Assembly (NCBI RefSeq): GCF_018350175.1
Contig: NC_058368.1
Coordinates: forward strand, 12,834,001 to 12,898,000
DNA length: 64,000 nt
Direction of reading: 5' to 3'
From: Felis catus
Lineage: Eukaryota
Of the stretch, positions 37,618 to 50,410 are shown in pieces (the first letter of the stretch is position 1; each line of letters begins with the position of its first letter). The translations under genes were made by a program, and so were the position numbers. The notes beneath the pieces were generated by a model. The model ran no database searches and was not told the DNA's origin. It was given only the letters and a program-made list of their open reading frames with translations.

Positions 37618-38993
37618 GTTATACCATTTTAAATTTCCACCAAACTATTGTCCTTTTTATGACAGATGATATTAACTAAATATTGAGTGATATTAGTAAT
37701 TATTAAATACTAATAAAGTGCCAATAATACAAGATTACTGGACTATCATATAACTGAGCTTTCAGTAGTTTGCATTAGTTTCAAGCAGTAAATTTAGTAA
37801 TGTGCCATTTTGCTGCTGCCTAGTTTTTGTTTTGTTTTGATTCAGGGTTTTGGATTGTCAGAACACTACTCTACCACAAATTGATCTAATGTAATCCAAG
37901 GAAAATTGTAATCCAAGGAAATGAGGGAAACTGCCATTTCCAGGTGGTTTCCTCAATCTAAGGAAAATCAGACAAGAGGTTCTGGGGGTGAGGCTGACTG
38001 ATGATACCCCATGAAGTGAGCCATGGAAAAAGCATGTAGTGTTTTTGCTTCCCATTTCAGGTCAGAGGGCTAAAATAGGAAATCAAAAGATTTTCAAGAT
38101 TCAAGCAAAGGCTAAAATAGAGGAAAACTAGAACAGCAGTGACTGTGGCAGCCTGATTTTCTCTGCTGAGCTTCAGAACCTCTCTGAGAAAGGTCAGGAA
38201 GACAGGCTGTAAACTCGTGGAGGACAAGAACTGTTTCTGTCGTATTCACTGCTGAACACACTCATTTGGCACATGATTATGGGTGCTGACCCACCGAGGC
38301 ACTGAGCTTGGCACCAGGACCAAAATGACAAACAAAAACCAAACCCTATCCTGAACTTCTAGATCCCACAACGGTATCTAGTGTTCAAATGGATACCCTC
38401 AGGAAGCATTTGTTGACAGATTGATTGAATGACTAAATCAAGGTTACAGAATGAGGGAAACAAATAGGAACCGTACCACAGAGACCAAAGGAGGTCATTT
38501 AGAATATTTTCTACCTAACAGTTGTTTAGCCTCACCTTGTGAAAAACCTACCATCCATGCTTCAGTGGAAGCTTCTATTTGATTAAAAAAAAAAAAAAGT
38601 CTCTGGCAGCTAAACAGTCCTAGCCTTGAGGTTCTGGTCTCCGATGCAATGAGGATATGAATAGAGGGGGGCTATCTTTTCTTTGTGGTTTCCACGTTGC
38701 TTGACTTTCCATTCTCTGCTAGATTCTCTACTAGAGGCGGTGTGTGTAGCGGGTTGTGCCTTCACTGCATATGGCAGGTGTACTGCGTAGTGTAGCTAAT
38801 TTTAAAATGCACGACTGCCTTAAAGAATGCCAGAGGTGCAAGTGTACTGCCTCAGGACACATCAGATAGAATCATAAACACACCATCCCAGAGCAGCGCC
38901 AAGCCTGGCCTTCTGCCTGAGGTCCTCTGGTGACTGCACTCACATGTGAAAGGGACATGGGGATTGGTTTCCTTAGGAATACTTAGAACTCCT

Positions 38994-39220
38994 GGGGCAC
39001 CTGGGTGGCTCAGTAGGTTAAGCGTCTGACTTTGGCTCAGGTCACGATCTCCTGGTTTGTGAGTTTGAGCCCCAGATCAGGCTCTGTGCTGCCAGCCCAG
39101 AGCCTGGAGCCTGCTTTGGATTCTGTGTCTCCCTCTCTCTCTACCCCTTCCCTGCTCACACTCTGTTTCTGTCTCTCTCAAAAATAAATAAATATTTAAA
39201 AAATTGTTAAAAAAAAAAAG
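38994..39220 (+). mobile_element. SINEC_Fc SINE
   Basis: TSD aa(t/c)acttagaactcct. Confidence 0.96.
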
Positions 39221-39401
39221 AAACACTTAGAACTCCTTAGTTATTCTAGTAATAATTTATGTATAAAGAATTGTAAAACATAAGTCCTTGGTCAGGCATC
39301 TTACAAAAGCATATTTTGTTACTAATAAAGAGATTGTGAATAAGCATGTGTAAATCCATCAACAATACTAAAAAAATAAGTTTTAAAAGTCCCTGTTTTG
39401 G

Positions 39402-39475
39402 TAGGGTAAACAGATAAAATATAGTCTCTGGTTAAACATGAATTTCAAACAAATGGTAAGAAATGTTTTGGTATA
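39402..39475. mobile_element. MER53-like palindromic MITE, one arm only
   Basis: tagggtaaacagataaaatatag...gttaaacatgaatttcaaacaaa...ttttggtata resembles the MER53 terminal arm. Confidence 0.65.
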
Positions 39476-39620
39476 GCCTGCTTAGGATTCTCTCTCTCCC
39501 TCTCTCTCTCTCTCTTTGCCCTCCCCGCCCAACCCTGCTGGCACACCTGTACTCTTTCTCTGTCTCTCTCGCTCTCTTTGTCTCTCTCAAAAATAAATAA
39601 ATAAATAGACTTTTAAAAAA
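39476..39620 (+). mobile_element. SINEC 3' half (head missing)
   Basis: Begins at gcctgcttaggattctctctc, then CT tract and aaaataaa tail. Confidence 0.88.
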
Positions 39621-40309
39621 AGACTAAATAATATAGGTCAAAATGGAAAAACCAGAAATTCTAGAGATCCCCCTCCCGTTGGGAATTCTATCAGAACAAG
39701 GGCAGTGTTCTCCCTGTTCATGACCACTGCATCTTTAACGTATTACTCAACATGCAGTCAGCATGCGATAAATAACTGTTGAAGGTTGAAGGAAAGGCAT
39801 GGTGACTATCATAAAAGACCTATATGCAGTTACTTTGACAAATTTTATCTTGGTGGTTTTTTTTCCATCTGTACATTTTTATTACAGTTCAAAATGAAAA
39901 GATGGGTAGAAAAGGGTAAGTATAACTCTTTTCTCCATTAATTACCCATGGTGTTTTAGAACAACACTGTGCCAGGGGTCAGATGACTTCTGGTGGGATG
40001 ACCCTACCTCTGTCGTGATGTGACTTTGAACTAGTCAAAATCCAAGAATAACATCTAGCAAGAGTTTATTATAGACAGAAGTAATCTTAATAACAACATA
40101 AAATAATGAAATATACACACTACAATTAACAAAAGAAATATTAGTATGCTACCTTGTGCTTATACAGTACTCTAGCATTTACAAAATCCCTCCATTTATT
40201 ATCACCCCATCTGCTCATCACAATAATGCCACAAGAAATAAGGAGCTCAGCCATCAAATAAAAAATATGTTAGTCTTGAGTCATCTAAAATAAAACATGG
40301 ACATCTCCT

Positions 40310-40466
40310 AACAGCTTTTTAAAGGTATAATTTGCACACCGTACAATTCACCCATTTTATGTGTGAAATTCAATGGTTTTTAGTAAATTTACAGTTGTGA
40401 AACCACCAAAATCCAATTTTAGAACATTTTCATCACCCCCAAAACATCCCCTGTGCTCATTTGCAG
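40310..40466 (-). mobile_element. L1MB-like extreme 3' end
   Basis: acagctttttaaaggtataatt...acaattcacccatttt...ttttagaacattttcatcacccc. Confidence 0.8.
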
Positions 40467-40541
40467 GGAATAGAAAAATAACAGTGTTTTAGTATATATG
40501 TACGTCCCACATATTTCATGAAGCATACTTACACCAACACA

Positions 40542-40608
40542 TTTTTTAAGGTTTTCTTGGAGAGAGAGAGAGAGAGAGTATGCATGTGTGTGAGAATGGG
40601 GAAGGGGT

Positions 40609-40651
<43 letters not shown>

Positions 40652-40780
40652 CCCTAGCAGGCTCATGCTGTAAGCCCAGAGCCCGAACAGAGGCTCTATC
40701 TCACTAACTGAACCGTGAGATCATGAGCTGAGCTGAAATCCAGAGTCGGACGCTTAACCAACTGAGCCACCCAGGCTCCC
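40542..40780 (-). mobile_element. SINEC SINE with expanded (GA)n
   Basis: SINE head at 40780; long GA tracts. Confidence 0.93.
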
Positions 40781-42870
40781 CATATATTATTTATTCATGC
40801 TTCTACACAGCTATTCTTTGGCCTAAAGGGTACATTACAACAGGGTTTTTTTTTAATTACTAAAAAAATTCATTCATTATTCCCCATGAATCCTGTTTAT
40901 TGATAAAATTTAATTCTCAATTACATAAGAATTGTCAGTTATTGTTGAATGGGAAATCACTACTGAAGACTCCTCCAATCTCTTAAATTCACATATGCAG
41001 TTTCCCAGCACATTGTTGTTGTAAAACCTGTTATCCTTTCAATGTATCTGAGTGAAAATAACCCCGAGGCATTGTGGGACTGGAGAAGTGCTGCATCAAG
41101 GGAATGCTATTTTATTCCTTACAACTCAGTGGGATGAATCAGAAAGCAGCGGCTTCCTGCAGTGTCCCAAACAGTTATTTAACATTCTCTGAGTGACAGT
41201 TAGACTTGGGATCTCTGAATTGATGTGATATGAAGTTAAAAGATCTCCAGTGGCAACTGACAAAACAATTATTATAATTTTCCTCCATGAGACAAAGGAG
41301 AAATCAAACTCCTGAAGGAGCTGAAAATTTCCCCCAAGTAGGCATTTATTATAATTATTATTTTTATTGCTACTCTTGGTATTCCTGGTAGTTAATGTTG
41401 TTACCATGGAGTTTAAAACCAACCGGTGGCACTGATTGGCATGAAGATGAATGTTCTTAATAAAGAACACACACAGAAAGAACGCTTTTCTTAAAGAGAT
41501 CTGACTGGGGCAGAAGTTATTGCTTTTATGTTCTAATGCACTTTTAACTAATATGTTTTCCAATTGCTCTATAAATTAAAAGATTTCCTTAGTAATAAAT
41601 GTATTCTTCTTCAGTACTCTTATTTTTCTTAGTTTCATTTTGTAAAATTTGAAATTAGTATTAATGCATGGTATTTAGTGTTGGTATGTTCCAAGTATTG
41701 TTCAGGGTGGTATTTATCCTGCAGGAGCCCAGCAGTATTTGATGGAAGTAATTTGGAAGGGTATCTCACAAATTCCCCTGATATCTGTTACTTGGTATGA
41801 TTTGGACAGAGACACATCATCCCTGTTTACTGTCAGTCAGGGCTTACCTTTAATTACAGTAGCCCGTAGGCATTTGTGGATTTACCATTTGCCATTATGG
41901 TTTTGACCTCAAAGGTTGATGACATGTAGAGATTTGCATACATTATGCCTGAGGCTGATGTATGGGAATATGTCACTTGGCTCTTGAGTGCACCTTGCAT
42001 TGGCCTGGCAACCACATTTTTGGTTTGTTATTCTCCACTCTTGTGAAATGACAAACTTTTTTCCTTTGTGAAATAAAGAGACACCAAAGGAAAGCCAACT
42101 GCTGCTACTCCTGGACGTGCAAGGAGAAAGAAAGTAAAGAAGTTTTATTTACAATTTATGTTTTGCATAAAGTAAAAAGTGACGTGTTGAGTTCAGTATT
42201 GGCTTAGTTCTGTCACAAAAACTAGTGTCCACTAGTACACTGTACAATAAAAGAAAACAGAAAATAAATATGATATTCATTTTAGAAGGAGAAACATTTT
42301 AAACGCTATATGAATAACTTCAGTGCTGATTGGTCATTTCAATATTTCAGTTGTATTTCACTCTATTTTATGCTATAGTGGTATTCACACATTTGGATTC
42401 TTTGAACATATTTTGCTTAAATGTCATGACCCTACTCTACGTAATTTTGTAATTTGTTTAATTCTTGTTTTATTTTTCTTGCATGCATGTTTATTTAAAT
42501 AAAAAGAATCATAAGGTAAAAGGGCTTAAACAATTCCTCAGAGGGTAGATCACCTAGGTAAAGAGATGCGTTAGTGACACTTTCTGAGGGTGTAAAGAAG
42601 CAATAAGCAACTGTCTGCTGCAATACATATTGCTTTTGATATTACACTATGAAGTTAAACTTTGGATACCTCAACAAATTTCTCAAAAGAACCATTCATT
42701 TTAGCTCAATAAACCCTGATGTATTTTTTTTATTCCCCTCCCCCAGTCCCTTAGTTGTTCTCTTGGAGAGAATAAGAATCACTCAAAAGTGGTTGTGTCT
42801 ATGCATATCTCTTGGTAGAAGGGAATCCTCAGTGAAACTAAGTTTATTAAAGCTTTATTAATAAAGCTCT

Positions 42871-43260
42871 TGTATTAGTTTCCTAGGGTTGTTGTATTAC
42901 AAAATACCAAACCAACAATTGGGTGGCTTTAATAACAGGAATTTATTGTCTCACAGTTCTAGAGGCCAGAAGTCTGAAATCAAACTGTCAGCAAGCAAAC
43001 GATGCTCTCTCTGGCAACACCAGGGGAACATCTTTCCTAGCTTCTTCTAACTTACGGTGTTGGCCAGCAATCCTTGGCCTTCCTTGGCATCACTGTAATC
43101 ACATGGCTATCTTCCTGTGTGTCTTTACATTGTCTTCCCTTTGTGTATGTCTGGATCCAAATTTCCCCATTCTATAAGAACACCTTTTTTGTAAATCATA
43201 TTGGATTAGGACCCACTATCATAATGATCTCATCTTAACTTGGTTAAATCCGCAAAGACC
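42871..43260 (-). mobile_element. MLT1B-like MaLR LTR (one end missing)
   Basis: tgtattagtttcctaggg...aatttattgtctcacagttctagaggccagaagtc...ttggattaggacccac. Confidence 0.85.
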
Positions 43261-43261
43261 C

Positions 43262-45349
43262 AGGGGGTGACATCAGAAAGATGGTAGAAAAGAAACCTCA
43301 CACACTCAAATCATCAAAAGTCACGAAGAAAGAATTTGGAAATCAGCAAGAGAAAAGTGACTCATCACATACAAAGGAACCCCTATAAGACTAAGTGCAT
43401 TTCTCAGCCAAAATTTTGCAGGCCAGAGGGACTATGATGCTATAGTTAGAGTGCTGGAAGAAAAACAAACAAACAAACAAACAAACAAACAAACAAACAG
43501 TCAACCAAGAATTATATCTGGTAAACTGTTCTTCAAAAGCAAAGGAGAGATAAAGACTTTCCCAAATAAACAAAAGCTAAAGGATTTTTTTCACCATTAG
43601 ACCTGTCTTAAAAGAAAAACTGAAAGAAGTCCTTCAAAGTGAAACAAAAGATGCCAAACAACAACATGAAACTATAAAACTAACGAAGACAATAATAATA
43701 CAGACAAAAATAGAATACTGTAATACTGTAACAGAAGTGTATACATCACTTTAGGAGGTAAAAGTCAAAAGTATAAAAGTAACTATAACTATAAATATGG
43801 TAATGGATACCCAATCTGAAAAGCAATAATAGACATTTGGGACTGTATCAAACAAATAGCTTCTGTGCAGCAAAGGTAACAACAGAGTGAAAAGGCATGG
43901 AATAAGAGACAATGTTTGCAAACCATATTATCCAATAGGGGTTGATACTCAAAATGTGTAAGATATGCTACAATTCAATTGCAAAACACTAAGTTATCTC
44001 AAAAAAAAAAAAAAGACTTGAATAAGCATTTCTCCAAAGAAGACATACAGATCATCAATAGACATATGAAAAGATGCTTGACATTTTTGCTTCTCTGTAA
44101 AATGAAAATCCAGATTACATTGAGATATCACCTCATACCTGTTAGGATGGCCACTATGAAAAACAAAAACAAAAGCACCCAGAAGTTAGCAAGTATTGAT
44201 GAGGATATGGAGAAATTTGAACATCTGTGCACTGTTGGTGGAATACAAAATTGTGAAACCACTGTGGAAATCAGTTTTCTCAAAAAATGAAAAATAGAAA
44301 TACCATATGATCCAGCAATCCTATATATGGGAATTTATCAAATATAATTGAAATCAGGATCCTGAACAGATATTAGTACTCTCGTGTTTAATACAGCACT
44401 ATTCACAATAGCCAAGATGCGGAAACAATTTAAATACCCATTGATGAAAGAATGGATAAAGCAAATGTGGTATATACACAGAGTGAAATATTATCCATCC
44501 ACAAAAAGAATGAAATCTTGTTGTATTAGTCAGAGTTCTTCAGAGAAATAGAACCAAAGAGACTTACTATAAGGAATTGGCTCATACAATTTTGTAGGCT
44601 AAAAAGTCCTAAGATATGCATCCAGCAAGCTAGACATCCGGAAGAGCCAATGATATAGTTCCAGTCCAAATCCTAAGGCCTGAGAACCAGGAGAGCTGAT
44701 GTTGTAAATTCCAGTCAGAATGCTGGAAGCCTCAAGATCCGAGAAGAGCAAATTTTTCAGTTGGAGTCTGAAGGCACGAAAAGATCGATCTCCCAGATGA
44801 AGCAGCCAGGCCAGAAGAGTTCCCTCTCATTCAGCCTTTCTGTTCAAGTCTTCAACTGACTTGATGGGCTCACTGTATTAGGGAGGACGCTCTGCTTTAC
44901 TCAGTCTATTGGTTCAAATATTAATTGCATCCAGAATCACCCTCACAGATACACACAGTCAAGGTGACACATAAAATTAACCGTCACACCTGTCATATAC
45001 TATAACATGGATGAATCTAGAGGATGTTATGCCAAGTGGAAGGGTGTCACAGAAAGACAAATACTGCATGCTTCCATTGATATAAGGTATCTAAAGTAGG
45101 CAAAATCATTAAAGCAGAAGGTAGAACAGTGGTTGCCAGAGATTGGGAGGAGGGGAAAATTAGAAGTTCCTGTTCGGTGGGTATAAAGTTTTAGTCATGC
45201 AAGATGAAGAATTTCTAGAGACCTACTGTACAATATTGTACCTATAGTTAACACTACTGTTCTATACAGTACTGAAAGATTTGTCTGAAAATCTGAAAGA
45301 TTTGTCAAGAGGGTAGATCTCATGTTATGTGTTTTTTACCACAATTAAA
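43262..45349 (+). mobile_element. Old L1 (L1MA9/L1MB-like) with a 5'-end motif, an ORF1 part, the ORF2 3' part and the 3'UTR; large internal gaps
   Basis: ggggtgacatcagaaagatgg start; ORF1-like gcaagagaaaagtgactcatcacatacaaagg; ORF2 peptide 43979-44290; 3' end aagagggtagatctcatgtta. Confidence 0.85.
44522..44988 (-). mobile_element. MLT2-like (ERVL) solo LTR nested in L1
   Basis: tgtattagtcagagttcttcagagaaatagaacc...gtgacacataaaattaaccgtcaca; 5-bp TSD cttgt/cctgt. Confidence 0.88.
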
Positions 45350-45969
45350 GCACCTGGTTTGTGGCGTTTTGTTACGACAGCTCTAGCAGACCAGTATGGA
45401 AACTTAACAAGGAAAACACCATGTTTGTTTTCTTACACATTTCACATAGCTTACCTTCCTCTTCGAACTTGAAGAAGCAGTTCGAGTTGAAAAAGGACAA
45501 AGCAAGGAAAGAGGGTAAACGCGGAGGAACAAGTTGCAGTCTTTTAACAATGTGTTACAGTTATGATTTCTTTTTTTTCATTTTTCTACTGTTGACAATT
45601 TCTCAAAAAATCTTGTATTTACTAGACCTATAGATTTTCAGATACAAATTATTAGTTGTTTAAAGGTGTCAGTCAAATCAGTTGCTAAGCAAAGAGAAGA
45701 AAAGCAAAATGACAGTTTTCCTTTTCTTTGCATACTCAATGTGATAGTGATTAGAGGTGAAAACTGACAATTTGAATAAAATGCTTATGCAGAATAGCTG
45801 TGAATTTTACCTTACTATCTCTAATTTCTAAGCTAATATTTAACATTTGCATGACTACTTCCAATTAAAATATCTCCTTAGCATTCCTAGTTGCAACCTC
45901 TTGCTGAATCTAATTTTAACTTGTTTTGTTTTTCTTTTCCCACATATAATATAGATATTAGTTTGGCAG

Positions 45970-46547
45970 TGTGTTAGGTAGATTTTTAAAGATGTTCTCT
46001 TGACATTCCCATCCCCTAGTTACCCAATCAAAGACTAATCTAGCTACTTCTGTAAAGGCATTTTAACAGATATGATTAAGGTTACTAATCAGCTAAGCTA
46101 AAATAAGGAGATTGTTCAGGATTATCTTGGCGGGCCCCATCTAATCATGTGAACCCTTAATAAGTAGAATAGGAAGGCACAAGAGTCAGCTAGAGAAATG
46201 CAGAAGAGGAAGACAGGAGAAATGAGGCAAAAGGACATAGGGACCTTGAGAAAGACTCAACTGCCAGTGGGGGGCTGTGAAGGGGGTCATGCTCCAGGGC
46301 ACAAAGACAGCCTTGAGAATAATCCCCTGCTGACAGGCAGCAAGCAACCGGGGTCTGAGTCCTACAAGCACAAGGAACTGAATACTGCCAACACCCTGAA
46401 TGAAACTGATTGATTTTAGCCTTTTGAAACTGGAAGCGGAGAACCACCTGGGCTGTATGTGACCAGATTTCGGACATACAGAACTATGGGGTAATAAATA
46501 GGTGTCTCTTAGGCTGCTCCATTTGTGGTCGCTAGAAAACTAGTACA
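45970..46547 (+). mobile_element. MLT1E-like MaLR solo LTR
   Basis: TG..CA ends; gattaaggttactaatcagct...ggattatcttggcgggccc...caaggaactgaatactgccaacacc; TSD ggcag/cgcag. Confidence 0.85.
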
Positions 46548-46739
46548 CGCAGTTGTAATTATAGATCATTTTTTCACTTTTATAACAGCATAATTTTCTA
46601 CCCATTTAATATTTAGCAATATATATTATTGCAAATTATAATCTTAGTTTCTGAACATACATAATTCAGGGGTATGACAAGAAGAAAAAACAAGCAAAAG
46701 ATCAGCATCCTAATAGGAAAAATAAAAGGAGACTATTCT

Positions 46740-47905
46740 ACTTTTTGAAAATTACCATTAATAAAATGAAAAGGCAAGCCACATATTGGGAGGCAATAAT
46801 GCACAACACACGTATCTCACAAAGGACTATGTCCACAATACGTGAATAATTCTTATAGTTCAATAAAATAGATCAACTCAATTAAAAATGGGCAAAATAT
46901 TTGAGTAAACACTTCACAAAGATATGTGAATGGTTAATAAGCACATGAAAAAATACTTAATATCATTAATTATAGGAAAAACAAAAAAGCCACAACGAGT
47001 TACCACTTATACAATCAATTAATGACTGAAAACAAACACACAAAGAAGCAAGATGTCAAATATTGGCAAAGTTAGGAGCACCTGGAACACATATACATTG
47101 CTGGTGGGAATGTAAAATATTACAACCACGCTGGAAAACTATTTGGCAGTTTTCTGAAAAGCTGAATATACCCTTAACCTTATAACCCAGCAATTTGACT
47201 CAGATATTTACTCAAGAAAAATGAAAACATATGTCCACAAAAGTCTTGTACCTGAGTGTTAATAACATCTTTATGCATTTTGGCAAAAACCTGGAAACAA
47301 TCCAAATGTCCATCAACAGGTGAATGGATAAATTGTGTTATATACATACAATGGATTATTTCTCAGCTATTAAAAGTAAAAACTACTGGGCGCCTAGGTG
47401 GCTCAGTCAGTTGAGCATCTGACTCTTGATTTCGACTCAGGTCATGATCCCAGGGTCCTGGGATCGAGCCCCATGTTGGGCTCTGTGCTGAGTGTGAAGC
47501 CTACTTAAGATTCTCTCTCTCCCTCTGCCCCTCCCCCCCCACTCTCTCTAAAACTAAAAAATAAAAACCTAGAAACTACTGAGACATGGAGCAACAGAGA
47601 TGAACCTCCAAGTATTATGCTAAATGGAAAAAGCCAGACACAAAAGGCCACATACTCTGATTCCATTTATATAAACCTCTAGGAAACACAAATCTATAGT
47701 GATAGAAAGTAGACAAGTGTTCTTGGGACTGAGAGTAGGGGTTGGGAATGGGATGGGAAGGATCACAAGGAAACCCTTGGGGTGATGGCAGTATTTGATT
47801 TCTTTGTGTAGGACATTTACACAGATGTTTACATATGTCAACATGGACCTGTAAACATTTTATGATATATAAATCTTACCTCAATGTAGTTGAATTTTTA
47901 GAAAG
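46740..47905 (+). mobile_element. Old L1MB/L1MC 3' portion
   Basis: Degenerate ORF2 end (aaaatgaaaaggcaagccaca; catatgtccacaaaag) and 3'UTR. Confidence 0.85.
47388..47567 (+). mobile_element. Older SINEC nested in L1
   Basis: TSD aaactact. Confidence 0.93.
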
Positions 47906-48192
47906 AAAAATGGGAACCAAAGCAAAAATAGTAATGGTGACCACTGGTTTTATAGTGAATGGAATCCAAACTTTGGTTTCCTTGCAAAATAAAAATATGA
48001 CCATAACTTTAAGGTAGGTGTTCTGCTGGATTGTTGTATCCGGGCAACCATTATGCAGCATTGACAGACTGAGGTAATAAACTTTTTTTTTTTTTTTTGG
48101 CTTCTTTACCAAAAGTTAGGTTCTGTCTTAAGTCCTCCTCCCTCCAAGCTTTTCTAGATTGACCCCTCCAAGCCTTAGAAACCACAAATTTA

Positions 48193-48407
48193 GGGGCGCC
48201 TGGGTGGCTCAGTCGGTTAAGTGTCCGACTTCAGCTCAGGTCACGATCTCACCGTCCGTGAGTTCGAGCCCCGCGTCGGGCTCTGGGCTGATGGCTCAGA
48301 GCCTGGAGCTTGCTTCCGGTTCTGTGTCTCCCTCTCTCTCTGCCCCTCCCCCGTTCATGCTCTGTCTCTCTCTGTCTCAAAAAAAATAAACGTTAAAAAA
48401 AAAAAAA
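48193..48407 (+). mobile_element. Young SINEC_Fc SINE
   Basis: TSD agaaaccacaa; CpGs intact. Confidence 0.97.
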
Positions 48408-49105
48408 AGAAACCACAAGTGTAGTATCATGAAACCATGTGATGACTGTGTGTCACGAAAATGGAACTCTGGCAGGCTGGAGGAAAGTTTCCCCAGGATT
48501 TCAGTTGAGGCCCTTAGCTGCAGCTACTTGCTGCTGAGATCTTGCTGCTGTCATACCCAGAATCAATAGAATAAAATTGCTTCTGGGCACAGGACCACAG
48601 GCCTAGGTCTGGAATGCTCCCAATTAGTTTCTGGCCATATGTATAAGATGGTTTCTGGCCCTATACACCAGCTCTATTATGAGTCATCAGCTTGGAAATA
48701 AATTTTCTGGCTTCAAATCTTATCCTGAAGCTATTTGACATCATTTCTTCTTTCTTCAGATTGCTTGTGCTTAGTGTGAACGTGAATAGATGTGGCCTTG
48801 CTAATACAATGTCAGCCACGTCTGCAGTATTAAAAGTACCTTTTCATCCTTTAGCTTCGCTTCCAGAATCATCTCTTTGGGGAGGGCTTCCCTGAGTATG
48901 GTAGCCAAAGCAGACACTCCTCATCCCATACCACCAGGTGACATACAATCACGTTACCCTACATTATCGTCTTCATTACACTGATCAATACATGAAATTA
49001 TCCTGGTGCTTATTTTTTCTCTGCCTCCTCCCACTGGAATGATCCCAGTGAAAAAAGGGACTTAGTCTACCTGTTCATGGGATCCTTAAAGCGTGCTCAG
49101 CTCAG

Positions 49106-49322
49106 TGCACCCGGGTGGCTCAGTTAAGTGACCGACTCTTGCTTTCAGCTCAGGTCATGATTTCACAGTTACAACCCTTGAGTCGGACTCTGTGCTGACA
49201 GTGCAGAGCCTGCTTGGGATTCTCTCTCTCCTTTCTGCCCTCCCCCCCCCCCACAAAATAAATAAATAAACATTTAAAAAGTTTACTTTAAAAAAAAACA
49301 AAAACAAACAATGACAACAAAA
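49106..49322 (+). mobile_element. SINEC SINE in an L2 relic
   Basis: TSD gtgctcagctcag. Confidence 0.92.
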
Positions 49323-49489
49323 ACAGTGCTCAGCTCAGAGCAGGCAGTCAATGAATATTTCAGAGTGAACTTAACTATGAAATTCAGAGAGAAATTTTAC
49401 AAAAGTTACGTAGAATCTACATTTAAATTCTTTCAAACACCTCTATTCACAGTGTTGATGAGGAAAATCATTTAAAATATAAAATTATA

Positions 49490-49706
49490 GGGGCGCCTGG
49501 CTAGCTCAGTTGGTTGAGTGTCCGACTTCAGCTCAGGTCATGGTCTCGCGGTCCGGTCCGTGAGTTGGAGCCCCATGTCGGGCTCTGTGCTGACAGCTCA
49601 GAGCCTGGAACCTGCTTCGGATTCTGTGTCTCCCTCTTTCTCTGCCCCTCCCCCTCTTGTACTCTGTCTCTCTCTCAAAAATAAATAAACATTAAAAAAT
49701 TTTTTT
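49490..49706 (+). mobile_element. SINEC_Fc SINE
   Basis: TSD aaatataaaattata. Confidence 0.97.
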
Positions 49707-50410
49707 AAATATAAAATTATATTCCATGCTATTTGCTACCTACTGATGAGAGATCTGTAAGCAAAAGTCGCCGAAACGCAAACTGCATTTTTTAAAACTT
49801 TAATTCCCTTTAAGAGTTCTTTTAAATTCTTAAAGTAAAGCTAAAGTTTAGTCTCAATAGATGTATTTAATACTATTTAGCTATGAAGCAGATATACACA
49901 TTTATGTAGGCATCAAAGAACTTCAGTTGATTTTTTTTTTGCCCTTTTCATGGTTCAGAGGTTCCTATTTCAAAACTGTAAATAAAAGTTAACTGAAATA
50001 TGAAAATATTCAGGGTAAAGTCATCTAGTGAATAAAATTGCAGTATAGAGAGAAAAAGGTGTACAAGCAAGGTCGGCAGTCTTCTGTCTTTCTTGGATTT
50101 ATTACCATAAGGGAAAGAAAAAGCTATAATGACTCAACAATTCCAAAAATGCTTGTCATTTTAAACTAATGAGAAAACACATTTTTATAGCAGAAAAATG
50201 CAGCATGTAGAAAAATGTAAAAACAAGATTCTCTGTCTCCATCAGCTTAAAAAAGAAGTGTGAATAGAGTACCATGAGATCATTTATTTTCAATAGAGTC
50301 TCCTCTTAGATTCATGGGTTCAATCAATCAACTAAAGTTTGGGTCTCATTGTCTGTACGCAGCCCCCCATCCCCGACATCACAAAATCTTGGTGTTCTAC
50401 CTGAGGTAGT

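Noticed and set aside
38726..38742. CTCF-like ctctactagaggcggtg
   Set aside because: Core is one base short of AGRKGGCR; weak match
41126..41563. 145-aa minus-strand ORF
   Set aside because: Non-ATG start, AT-rich, no similarity that I recognise
42851..42868. Perfect 18-bp palindrome agctttattaataaagct
   Set aside because: Short, AT-rich and beside an LTR end; most simply a local fold-back duplication or chance
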